IMG/VR virus record: IMGVR_UViG_3300011261_000048
Location: 29,470-93,469 of that record
DNA length: 64,000 nt
Source: a virus
Reading direction: 5' to 3' (one strand)
Below are positions 44,220 to 53,758 of the stretch, in pieces. The translations under genes were made by a program, and so were the position numbers. Under the pieces are notes generated by a model. It made no database searches and had not been told where the DNA came from. It saw only the letters and a program-made list of their open reading frames with translations. Every line of letters begins with the position of its first letter. Positions within the stretch are counted from its first letter, which is position 1.

Positions 44220-45724
44220 TGATTCCTGAATGGGAAAGCAGCTACCAGAAATCTGCAAAAAGAATGCCTAAGTATTGGCTATGGACAGAAAGAGAAAAAT
44301 TACCAATAAAGCATACAGAAAACTTAAGACGCACCCCTCTAATTATAGGAGGTAAAGCGTATTGCTGTAATGATTTAGAGGAAAGGTTTCTTAAAAATAC
44401 CAAAACTGCAGGAAAACCTAATCTTTGGGTAATGAACGGTCAGGATTAAACACAAATAGTTTGAAAGTATACAGATTTTAACTATATTTGTATATGGAAA
44501 AATTAGAACAACTTATAATAGGATCAATGTTAGGAGATGGATATTTAGATAAAATATCACATACATTGAAAAATTCAAGATTATCTATAGCTCACAGTGC
44601 TAAACAAAAAGAGTATTGTGAATATAAACATAGTATATTAGCTGAAAAAGAATTAGCTGGTAAACTTTGTTACAATAAGATAGTTAATGATAGGTATAAA
44701 GAGGGATTTATTGAAGAGTATAGGTTTCGGAGTAAGACGAATCCTATATTTACTGAATATAGAGAACTTTTTTACAAAAACAAGAAAAAGATTGTACATA
44801 GAAGTACTATACAGAAAATGAATGCTTTAGGATTAGCCATATGGTTTATGGATGATGGAGCTAAAACAATTTCTGGATATCTGTTATGTACTCAATCTTT
44901 TACTAGGAAAGAAAATAATTTCTTAAGAAAATTACTTAAAGATAAATTTAATATTGAAACAACTTTGCAACCGCAAAGTAATATGATATATATCCGAAGT
45001 AAATCTAAAGAATTATTTACTTCTACTATTAGTCCTTATGTTATAGAATCTATGAGATATAAGTTATTTATATAGGTCCTGAATAAACTATGTGAATTGC
45101 TGGAACACTAAGTGAAATAATAAGTGACAGATGCTGGGAATGGTTACGCTCTGTTTATGCTAACCTGGAAAGAACAGCTTATTATTTTGTATGTCAATCA
45201 GCAGCCAAGGCTCTCAGAAATGAGTTCAAGGTTCAACGACTAGTACATGGAGTCTCAGCATTAAGTTGGAGATAGTAAAGTACCAAGAGCGCATAGCACC
45301 TCATGTGGAGGTGATGATATAGTCTGAACTATATGGAAACATATAGAAGTGCAGGATAAAGAGCCAGCACGATAACAAAATGTTATATAATGCTACTTTA
45401 AATTGGCGTTTACGTAAAACCGTGGCTAAATATTACCATACTTATTTTTCTAAATACATCAAAGCACAACTTAAGAAACCTATTATTATACCTGAAGGTA
45501 AGTATCTATCTATTTCATGTGATATATATGAAATAAGACGTAGAACTATGCCTGATGTGTCTAATATGTGGCTACTAGAGAAGTTCTTTGAGGATTCTTT
45601 GCAAGAGTGTAAAGTAATTCCAGGGGATGACCCTGATTATGTATTAGAAAGTGGTAGAAAAAGATATCACTGGGTTGAAAATGAAGAAGATAGAAAACTG
45701 GTGTTTACTATCAAAATAATTTAA
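44198..45724 (+). CDS. RusA-like Holliday junction resolvase, exons 44198-44446 and 45383-45724
   Basis: Splicing gives NGQD|LYNA; C-terminal DVSN...KFFEDSL...IPGDD..YV is RusA-like. Confidence 0.75.
44447..45382 (+). mobile_element. Group I intron in the RusA-like gene
   Basis: Exon ends in U, terminal G; guide GGTCCTG near 45075; core GAATTGCTGGAA, AATCAGCAGCCAAG, TTCAACGACTA, GATATAGTCT. Confidence 0.92.
44494..45075 (+). CDS. Intron-encoded LAGLIDADG homing endonuclease
   Basis: IIGSMLGDG and LAIWFMDDG motifs; ATG at 44494. Confidence 0.9.
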   Translation: MEKLEQLIIGSMLGDGYLDKISHTLKNSRLSIAHSAKQKEYCEYKHSILAEKELAGKLCYNKIVNDRYKEGFIEEYRFRSKTNPIFTEYRELFYKNKKKIVHRSTIQKMNALGLAIWFMDDGAKTISGYLLCTQSFTRKENNFLRKLLKDKFNIETTLQPQSNMIYIRSKSKELFTSTISPYVIESMRYKLFI

Positions 45725-45833
45725 GCAGTAATAACTGTAAGTAAGGGACGACTTAAAGTTATGTAATTGTAATATTTATAAAATTAAATGAAAGTTAATT
45801 AAATATTACTGCTTGAATTTTTAATATCTATAT

Positions 45834-46055
45834 ATGGAAGATGAAGAATTAAAAACAAAAATAGAAAGCATAATAGGATACAAGCCTAAAGTATTACTGG
45901 CAGATAAAATCAGATATGCTTTGGAAGACGCTTATGATAAAGCTAAAAAATCACTAGAAAGATCCTCTTCAGGAGAAGAGTTTATTACAAACAAAAATAA
46001 GTTTGACGAGGCTGTTAAAACTTATTCATTATTTATGTTAAAAATCACAAATTAA
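45834..46055 (+). CDS. Hypothetical protein
   Basis: 73 aa; first gene before the Ubl operon. Confidence 0.6.
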   Translation: MEDEELKTKIESIIGYKPKVLLADKIRYALEDAYDKAKKSLERSSSGEEFITNKNKFDEAVKTYSLFMLKITN

Positions 46056-46056
46056 G

Positions 46057-46353
46057 ATGAGAAAAATTACAATTGTATCAACTAAGATTGACGGGAAAAA
46101 AGAATTAAATTCAAGTGCAACTACATGGGGAGAGTTAAAACCTGAATTAGAAAATAACGGTATCAGTATTTCTGATATGAAAGTTATGGAGAAGGTTTCA
46201 AAGATGACACTTGATAGTGATGCAGCAATGCTACCTACAGGAGATGTTATTCTTTTCCTTACACCTGGTAAGGTGAAAAGTGGTAGTGATGAAATTACTG
46301 CCCACCAAGAAGCAATGGTTGCAAAACTACGTGCTCTTAGAGATAGCATTTAA
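46057..46353 (+). CDS. Ubiquitin-like (beta-grasp) protein
   Basis: Beta-beta-alpha-beta pattern ending ILFLTPGKVKSG (Gly76) plus a 22-aa tail; next to E2/JAB/E1. Confidence 0.65.
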   Translation: MRKITIVSTKIDGKKELNSSATTWGELKPELENNGISISDMKVMEKVSKMTLDSDAAMLPTGDVILFLTPGKVKSGSDEITAHQEAMVAKLRALRDSI

Positions 46354-46405
46354 ATATATAAGGGGGGCTTATGCTCCCCTTTTTTATTAACTTAAAAATT
46401 ATAAT

Positions 46406-47575
46406 ATGTCAGAACAAGATGACTTTGCATTATTAGAAGCCAGATTAGCTGATGATAGTAATGTAACAGTAATAGAAAATACTTCAGTACCTAGTGTACC
46501 AGAAGTAGTGGAGGAAGTAGTTGTAGACAGTATACCTGAACCTATTATTACACCTATTGTAGTAGAGAAGACAAAACCTAAAGAGACTAGATTAGAAATG
46601 AGAATAAGACTAGTTAAAGAGGTAGCAGAGGAAATACATGGAGGAAATTGGGATTTTATTGCCCTTAAAGATTACCCTTTAGATTATGATTCTAAATATC
46701 TTACTACTGCTAGATTTGCATTAACTATACATTTTCCAGAGTTTGTAATAACTAATAGTAGAGGACATATACATACTATAAGAGATTTATATGTTAGAAT
46801 GTACTTTAATAGTAGTATGAGTCATTTACAAGGATGGTTTGGTACTAGAAGTACGTATAGTTATCCAGAATTTAAAAGTAAATATGGTCATTCCCATTTA
46901 CCAACTATTACCAGTAATGATGGCACTAGAATAAGTTCTTTTGGTAGATTTTGTTTAGGAGGAGATAGTGATACAGGAAGTATAGTATCAACCCTAACTG
47001 TAGAGGAATGGAATATAGAAGAATTTAAGAATGCACTATTAATACTACATTCTTATGTAGTATGGGAATCTATAGAAGGAGGTCCTTATAGGAGAATGGA
47101 AAATATCACTATGAAAGGGGGAAGTAGTGGGGCATATAGTCCTGGTACTACTGCTATAGAGCAAACATTTAAGAGGTATTGTATGGAATCTGAAATTTAT
47201 CCTGTATTTACTGTAGATACGTCATATGATGTACCTTCAATTAAAGTACAAAATGAAGCAGAGTTAGAAGTAGCATTAGCTGTAGGACTTAGCCCAAATT
47301 ATATAAGATATAGAGATAGTAATGGTGATATCCATACTATTGATGCTTCTACAAACATAAGTACTATTAACAGATCTATCAGTAATATAAATAGTAAACA
47401 AATACCTTTCTTTACTTTTAAAGGAGTAGGTGTTAAAGCAAAAGTATTAGAAATGGATAATACAGAGGATACTAATGAAGCCATAGTGCATATAGCCCAT
47501 CCCTATGTTACTAAGTTTGCTATAGCACAATTAGAAAAAGAGGCTAATATATATTTATTAAAAATTAAAAAGTAA
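46406..47575 (+). CDS. Prokaryotic E2-like conjugating enzyme
   Basis: YGHSHLP...FCLG active-site-like motif; operon context. Confidence 0.65.
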   Translation: MSEQDDFALLEARLADDSNVTVIENTSVPSVPEVVEEVVVDSIPEPIITPIVVEKTKPKETRLEMRIRLVKEVAEEIHGGNWDFIALKDYPLDYDSKYLTTARFALTIHFPEFVITNSRGHIHTIRDLYVRMYFNSSMSHLQGWFGTRSTYSYPEFKSKYGHSHLPTITSNDGTRISSFGRFCLGGDSDTGSIVSTLTVEEWNIEEFKNALLILHSYVVWESIEGGPYRRMENITMKGGSSGAYSPGTTAIEQTFKRYCMESEIYPVFTVDTSYDVPSIKVQNEAELEVALAVGLSPNYIRYRDSNGDIHTIDASTNISTINRSISNINSKQIPFFTFKGVGVKAKVLEMDNTEDTNEAIVHIAHPYVTKFAIAQLEKEANIYLLKIKK

Positions 47576-47578
47576 AAT

Positions 47579-48805
47579 ATGAGTTTAAAAGATGATGGTA
47601 AAGTTCATAGTAGAACTGTAGTACCTATAAAAGATAAAGCTAAGTTAATTCTTAGTAAAGAAGTAGTAATGAAAATTCATTATTTACATACTAGAGTAAA
47701 GAATAATACAGAATGGAGTGGTATTTTAGTATTTAATACCAAAGAAGGGAGTATAGATAACCCTGCTAATTGGGTATTAGAAGCAGAAGATTTTATCTTT
47801 ATGGATGTAGGTACAGGAGCATATACAGAATATGATTTTGATACAGATGATACGTACTCTTTTGATAAGTATACTGATGCTATGGCAGAAGGTAAGAGAT
47901 TAGGTCATATCCATACTCACCATAATATGAAGACTTTCTTCTCAGGTACTGATATGTCAGAGTTACATGAAAATGCACCAAATCATAGTTACTATGTAAG
48001 TTTAATTGTAAACTACAAGGAACCTGATGAGTGGTGTGCTAAAGTAGCATTTGTAGGAGAAGAAAAAGTATCTGGTACTATAACTAGAACTAAGAATTCT
48101 CTATTTAACCTGTTAGGATTTGGTAGTGAAGTAACTGAAACTATTGAGAAAGTAGTTCCTATTCTGTATACTATAGATTTAGATTTAGAGTTAGCAGAGG
48201 AAATTAAACCTTTCTATGATAGAGTTACTGAAATATGTACTCCTAAAGTTGTTAAAAGAGCTGTAGGAAGAGCTGTAGGAGCATCTACTCACCATGCTGG
48301 ATGGCATGGAGGATTTAGGGATTGGGATTTACCTACTTTAGGTACTTTAAAAAGTAAAACACCTACTTTATTTGACAAAAAAGAGCCAGAGATTCAAAGA
48401 AGACCTGCAGGATTATATAGTAAACCTTCAGTTATGGATTTTTTACCTAAACTAGCTTATGCAGATTTACAATCTAAAGCTAGAATAGGGGAAGTGTTTA
48501 AAACTGCTACAGCGTTACCTGATGTACATATAGAAATATTAGTGGAACAAATGGAGGAGAATTTTGAAGATTATATAGCAGATTTCTTTGCTATAAATAA
48601 ACTGACAGATTTAGATACTTTCTGTGTGGCTTTACAAATAATAGACACATGTACGATATATGATGACACTTATTTATATAATTGTCTATCTGAAGTACTA
48701 GCAGTTTATTTAGATGTAGATAGAGATGCAGAATTTGATAAAAAAGTAATGCTATTAACTAATTTAAAAGATACAACAAAATGGGCAGCAATGACAGCAA
48801 TATAG
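47579..48805 (+). CDS. JAB/MPN+ metalloprotease
   Basis: EWSG and HTHHNMKTFFSGTD (HxH-x7-SxxD). Confidence 0.9.
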   Translation: MSLKDDGKVHSRTVVPIKDKAKLILSKEVVMKIHYLHTRVKNNTEWSGILVFNTKEGSIDNPANWVLEAEDFIFMDVGTGAYTEYDFDTDDTYSFDKYTDAMAEGKRLGHIHTHHNMKTFFSGTDMSELHENAPNHSYYVSLIVNYKEPDEWCAKVAFVGEEKVSGTITRTKNSLFNLLGFGSEVTETIEKVVPILYTIDLDLELAEEIKPFYDRVTEICTPKVVKRAVGRAVGASTHHAGWHGGFRDWDLPTLGTLKSKTPTLFDKKEPEIQRRPAGLYSKPSVMDFLPKLAYADLQSKARIGEVFKTATALPDVHIEILVEQMEENFEDYIADFFAINKLTDLDTFCVALQIIDTCTIYDDTYLYNCLSEVLAVYLDVDRDAEFDKKVMLLTNLKDTTKWAAMTAI

Positions 48806-50030
48806 ACAATAAAAAAGTAAGATTCAGTGATGCAGATTGGTATAAATCTGGTCCTGAAGATATTATTGTAGGTGGAGTTGGAGGTATTGGTTCCTGGGTA
48901 GCATTATTGCTGTCCAGGATTGGCCATGAACTCCATATCTACGATGATGATACAATAGATGAAACAAACATGGCAGGACAACTTTACCCTATTTCAGCAA
49001 TAGGTAAAAGTAAAGAAGTAGCTGTTATGGAGATGATTAGAGATTTCTCAGGAACACGTTGTTCTTCAAATGGTAGATACACAAAGGATTCTTTATATTC
49101 TCCTATAGTGTTTAGTTGCTTTGATAACATGGAAGCTAGAAAAGTAATGTTTGAGAAGTGGGCAGCTGAAGAGGATAGAGAATTATTTGTAGATGGTAGA
49201 GCATAATATGAAATTTTTTCGTATATTATACAATCTGCCCCTGTTAGTAGTAATATTAACAGTGGAGAGGATGAATTGCTGGAAAGCTAAGTAGAAATAA
49301 AATATTGCGTTGAAAAATAACTCGCTTAATTGTTGGTGAAAGATATATACGCATATAGGAACCCCCGTTTGGAAGTAGTAGGTTAAAAACTTCCCCTAGA
49401 TGATTAGCAAAGGGTTAGGAGCTAATTATTCGGAATAAAGCAAGAAGACTCCCTTAGCTCCGTCTTAAGAGTTGACAGGTTATACGGGTAAGCCGTGAGA
49501 TACTTCAAATAGAAAGAATCTAAAAACTAGAAAGGGTTTAACTAGCCCTTTTGTATTTTTATATGCCAATCAGCAGCCAAGCCATAGACACATCTATGGA
49601 AGGTTCAGAGACTACCTGAGCACTAAAGTGTGCTTAATAACAGGAAGTAGATAGGGTTAGTAACCTATTGAAAAAGCGTCCTCCACCCTAATAGGGTGAT
49701 GATATAGTCCGTGCCTATATGAAAATATAGGAGAGCACGAGAATGCTTGCAGAAACAGGTATGGTGTTTCTAGTTCAAAAAGGACAAGAGGACCAATATA
49801 GAGCAGAGATTTTTGCTGATTCAGAAGTTGAAGATGCACCTTGCTCTTTTAAAGCTACAAGTCATTGTGGTTCATTTATAGCTTCCTTAATGGTAGCAGG
49901 ATTAAATAATTACCTAGCTAATAGGTATATTAATGCAGATATTAGAAGTATGGATTTCAGAATTGATTTTGAATTACCTCTATTAAATGTACAAGCTACT
50001 AACGTAGTAGCTGAAGAAGTAATAATTTAA
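48781..50030 (+). CDS. ThiF/E1-like activating enzyme, exons 48781-49197 and 49740-50030
   Basis: GVGGIGS, DDD...NMAGQ, DNMEAR; splicing restores DG|RMLAE; APC candidate catalytic Cys. Confidence 0.9.
49198..49739 (+). mobile_element. ORF-less group I intron in the E1 gene
   Basis: P1 GGT|AGA pairs with TCTGCC (U.G at splice site); core GAATTGCTGGAA, AATCAGCAGCCAAG, TTCAGAGACTA, GATATAGTCC; terminal G. Confidence 0.92.
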
Positions 50031-50040
50031 AATAGTAAAT

Positions 50041-51096
50041 ATGACAGATATACGTGAAGTATTTGATAGCCAAATAATACAGAACCATTCTAGTAAAAAT
50101 TATGAGTATGCTCCTAGTATTGGTAGAAATACTTCAACTATCCCTTTACTTAATAACAGTAAGCAGGCAGAGTATGTACCCTTACATGGTATAAATGCTA
50201 TAATGGCTATAGAAATGAGGAGGACTTATACATCTGGAAGTAATTATGGACATTTTGATAGGACTACTTTAATGTCACATGATATAGGCAAAAAACTAGT
50301 ACGTGTAATGGTAAAGTGTATAGAAAGACTTCCAGATTATACTGAGTTACTGAAGTATAATAGGGGATTAAATGTACACATAGCTAGTATAGTAGATAGC
50401 TTATTTAAAAAAAATCAAGCAGTTATCTTAGCAAATTTTGATGATGCTAGTACCCAATCCCTAGAAAAGTTAGCTAAAGACTTACTGAGGCAGAGTATAA
50501 ATATCATTATTGATAAAGTCATTTATGGTACTATAGAATATGGATTACCTGATATGTCTTTTAATCATTATGGTAGTAGTTACGCTGAATTAATAAGATC
50601 TAATAAGCATGCATATAGATGGCATCATATTAATTTACGTACTCAAGCTTTTATGGTTAACAGGGGAAGTATATACAATATACAGCGTACTTACCATAAT
50701 AGGGAATTACGTATACTTAGACCTTTAATGGAGACTGTACTACATAAGGACTTTGTACCTTATGTTTACTTATGTATGATTATGAAGGAAAACCCTTTAC
50801 CTGAAGTTTATGAGGTATGGGTAGATCCTGAATTTGATGTAGTAAGGTCAGAGTTTAAGAACTTAAGACCTCATTATAGAAAGCATATTAAGGCTCCTTT
50901 AGTAGCAGCAGGTATAGATATTATACCTACTGATAGTATTTTAACTTCATTATATAATACTGTAAGCATTCCTAATGAAGTAAAAAGTATTAAGGAGAAA
51001 AAGGTGTGGCTAAGTGATTTAGCATTAGAGGTTAAAGAGCATATTAGTTTCAGACAGCAGTTAAATATGGAACGTCAATTAACATTAGTACCATGA
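50041..51096 (+). CDS. Hypothetical protein following E1
   Basis: 351 aa ORF in operon. Confidence 0.65.
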   Translation: MTDIREVFDSQIIQNHSSKNYEYAPSIGRNTSTIPLLNNSKQAEYVPLHGINAIMAIEMRRTYTSGSNYGHFDRTTLMSHDIGKKLVRVMVKCIERLPDYTELLKYNRGLNVHIASIVDSLFKKNQAVILANFDDASTQSLEKLAKDLLRQSINIIIDKVIYGTIEYGLPDMSFNHYGSSYAELIRSNKHAYRWHHINLRTQAFMVNRGSIYNIQRTYHNRELRILRPLMETVLHKDFVPYVYLCMIMKENPLPEVYEVWVDPEFDVVRSEFKNLRPHYRKHIKAPLVAAGIDIIPTDSILTSLYNTVSIPNEVKSIKEKKVWLSDLALEVKEHISFRQQLNMERQLTLVP

Positions 51097-51842
51097 TTAA
51101 GGTAGGTGTTATAGATGCAGACCCTATAGCTTATATATGTAGTAAAGATACCTTACAGGAGAGTTTAGATAACGTAGATGATTTAATAAGTAATGCATTA
51201 AATGCAGTACATTGTTCTCATTATTATATGTTTTTATCTGACTCTCCTTATTTTAGGCATCAAGTTAATACAGAGTATAAAGGGAAAAGGCCAACTTCAG
51301 AGTTGAAGTATTTAGAAGAAATAAAGCAGTATTTAAGAGATAAATATGGAGGGGTAAGTTATGAGGGGTTAGAAGCAGATGACTTAAGTGCATATGTAAT
51401 GACCACAGTATCAATAGCTTCTCCACAATTCTCTTTTATAAATATGTCAATAGATAAAGATGTGTTGCAATCTGTTTGGGGACCATGGTTTAACTTTAAA
51501 AAGTTTGAATCAGGTAAAACCACCAAAAAAGATGCAGCAGTATTTATATTTTTGCAGACATTAATGGGAGATGTTACAGATAATATCAAAGGAATCCCAG
51601 GAGTAGGAGAAGTAAAGGCTAATAATATCTTAGCAACTTGTAAGACACTAGATGAGATGAGAGGTACAGTTTTAAATGAATACTGTAAGAAATTTAAATC
51701 AACCTCAGTAGGAATTTATGAGTTTCAAAAGAATTTTAGACAAGTTTACTTATTAAGAAACACAGAGGACTTCAAGAATGAGGTAGGATATATTCCTAAG
51801 TTACCGAAACTTAGGATAACAGAGAGATGGGAAGAAGTATAG
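51093..51842 (+). CDS. 5'-3' exonuclease (FEN/T7 gp6-like)
   Basis: IDAD, YKGKR, EADD, DKD, GDVTDNIKGIPGVG motifs. Confidence 0.92.
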   Translation: MIKVGVIDADPIAYICSKDTLQESLDNVDDLISNALNAVHCSHYYMFLSDSPYFRHQVNTEYKGKRPTSELKYLEEIKQYLRDKYGGVSYEGLEADDLSAYVMTTVSIASPQFSFINMSIDKDVLQSVWGPWFNFKKFESGKTTKKDAAVFIFLQTLMGDVTDNIKGIPGVGEVKANNILATCKTLDEMRGTVLNEYCKKFKSTSVGIYEFQKNFRQVYLLRNTEDFKNEVGYIPKLPKLRITERWEEV

Positions 51843-52651
51843 TTTTAACAACAGAGAAAAATGTTTCTGTAATTATTACAGAAGAGAACCCCAGAACAAT
51901 ACATGTTAGTCCAGCACATGCTGACTACGAAGTATTAGATTCTGAAGGTAATATAGAAAGCATAAATTATGGCGGAGAGTACAAGATACACAAAAATAAA
52001 ACAATAAACCTAAATAAAACAAAATATAAACTAACTAATATAAAGAAAATAAAGGCTACCGCAAATAAGCCAGCATATTACAAACTTATAACAAATAACG
52101 GTTTAACAAAAACGTTTAACTTTATTATGCCCTTATTAGGGGATAATAGGGCGTTTTTTAAATTTTCTACACAATTTGTCAATGCATTTATAGGGTATGA
52201 GCCCTATGGAGATTACGGAGATAGTATATATTTACTTTACCGTTTTAGTGGGCAATTAGATTATATAAAATTTGAAGAACAACTAATGGAGCATCCTTGG
52301 TACAAAGAAACAGTAGATGTGGATAAATACCAAGTATTATATCAATTTGATATTCCAGAAGAACATAAAAAAGACGTAAATTTATTAATTAAAGGTAAGT
52401 ATTCTAGTGTTAGTGTAAGCACTAAAGAAAGGATACTAAGATTCCATAATTCTAGGGAAACTAGCACATTAGGACAGATTTTAAGTAAATCACCTATACG
52501 TAAGGAGTCCCTAGAAAAGGATTTACTACTAGATACCCCTATACCTGAAGATGTAGACTTATATAGTGTATTTTATCATGGAGATGAGATATTTAGAAAT
52601 CATTTAAGACTTGATAATAGTAAATTAGACAATAATAAGTTAGATGAATAA
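51827..52651 (+). CDS. Hypothetical protein
   Basis: 274 aa ORF in operon. Confidence 0.65.
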   Translation: MGRSIVLTTEKNVSVIITEENPRTIHVSPAHADYEVLDSEGNIESINYGGEYKIHKNKTINLNKTKYKLTNIKKIKATANKPAYYKLITNNGLTKTFNFIMPLLGDNRAFFKFSTQFVNAFIGYEPYGDYGDSIYLLYRFSGQLDYIKFEEQLMEHPWYKETVDVDKYQVLYQFDIPEEHKKDVNLLIKGKYSSVSVSTKERILRFHNSRETSTLGQILSKSPIRKESLEKDLLLDTPIPEDVDLYSVFYHGDEIFRNHLRLDNSKLDNNKLDE

Positions 52652-53342
52652 ATTAACAGAATGGTATCTAAAGGAATTAGGAGAGGGGTGGTACAATGTA
52701 CTACGGCCTTTTCTGGTTTCTGAAGATATGGAGACAATAAGAAAAACAGTACTAGAAAGGAGGAAAAGTTCCGTAGTTATGCCTAAAAGTACTGAAATGT
52801 TTGAAGCATTTAAACTATGTAAATGGGAAGATGTGAGGGTAGTAATAGTTGGGATAGAACCTTATCATATAGCAGGACATGCTACAGGATTAGCGTTTAA
52901 ATCTAAGAAACTATACCCTTTACATCCTGTAGTAAAAGAGATATTTGAAGAAGTAGAAAGAGATGTGTATTTTAAGGAGCAAGATTTACATCTAGGTCAA
53001 ATAAATGATGTATCTTTGTGGGCTTCTCAAGGAGTACTTTTACTAAACAGAGCCCTTACAGTTCAGAAAGATAAACAACACTCTCATATTAAATTATGGG
53101 AGCCGTTTACGTCTAATATATTTAAAGTTTTACGAGAAAAAACAGGATTAATTTATTTACTTTGGGGTAATTTTGCTCAAAGTTGTAAACCTTTAATAGA
53201 TAGTAAATCAAATTACATATTAGAAGCAGGTTTTCCTGCAACTGGAGCATTTACTAGAGGGTTTAAAAATTGTAACCACTTCTCACAAGTAAATGATATC
53301 ATAACTAAACAAAATGGAGAGGAATTTAAAATAAATTGGTAA
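52644..53342 (+). CDS. ung: Family 1 uracil-DNA glycosylase homologue with altered catalytic motifs
   Basis: VRVVIVGIEPYH, ATGLAF, WASQGVLLLN, LLWG, CNHFSQVN. Confidence 0.85.
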   Translation: MNKLTEWYLKELGEGWYNVLRPFLVSEDMETIRKTVLERRKSSVVMPKSTEMFEAFKLCKWEDVRVVIVGIEPYHIAGHATGLAFKSKKLYPLHPVVKEIFEEVERDVYFKEQDLHLGQINDVSLWASQGVLLLNRALTVQKDKQHSHIKLWEPFTSNIFKVLREKTGLIYLLWGNFAQSCKPLIDSKSNYILEAGFPATGAFTRGFKNCNHFSQVNDIITKQNGEEFKINW

Positions 53343-53749
53343 TGGGAGAAGTACAGTTTTTACAAGAAATAACCCAGCTTAATGGGAAGCAAGATGAATT
53401 TAGGATAAAGGGGGCTATAACAATAGAAATAGACGCAATTATTGACTCTAATACCTTAAACCAAGCTATTAAAAATAGAAATACAAGGGATTTTAATGTA
53501 TCCATTCTCAATATAGTAACAAGACATAAAATACATAGTACAGATAATAGTGATCTTAAGGGGGATGTAACAATACAATATCTTAATAATGACCAACCTA
53601 TTATAAATGTAATAGAGAGGAAAGGTGGTGAAGTCAATGTTATTGCTCCTACGCAATTAGATACTATTATAGCAGCTAAAGAGTTATTTATAGTTGAAAA
53701 AGAGAAATTTTTATTTAAAGCACTTGACTTAGAATTAGAAATAAATTAA
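53336..53749 (+). CDS. Hypothetical protein
   Basis: 137 aa ORF in operon. Confidence 0.55.
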   Translation: MVMGEVQFLQEITQLNGKQDEFRIKGAITIEIDAIIDSNTLNQAIKNRNTRDFNVSILNIVTRHKIHSTDNSDLKGDVTIQYLNNDQPIINVIERKGGEVNVIAPTQLDTIIAAKELFIVEKEKFLFKALDLELEIN

Positions 53750-53758
53750 ATTTATAAA

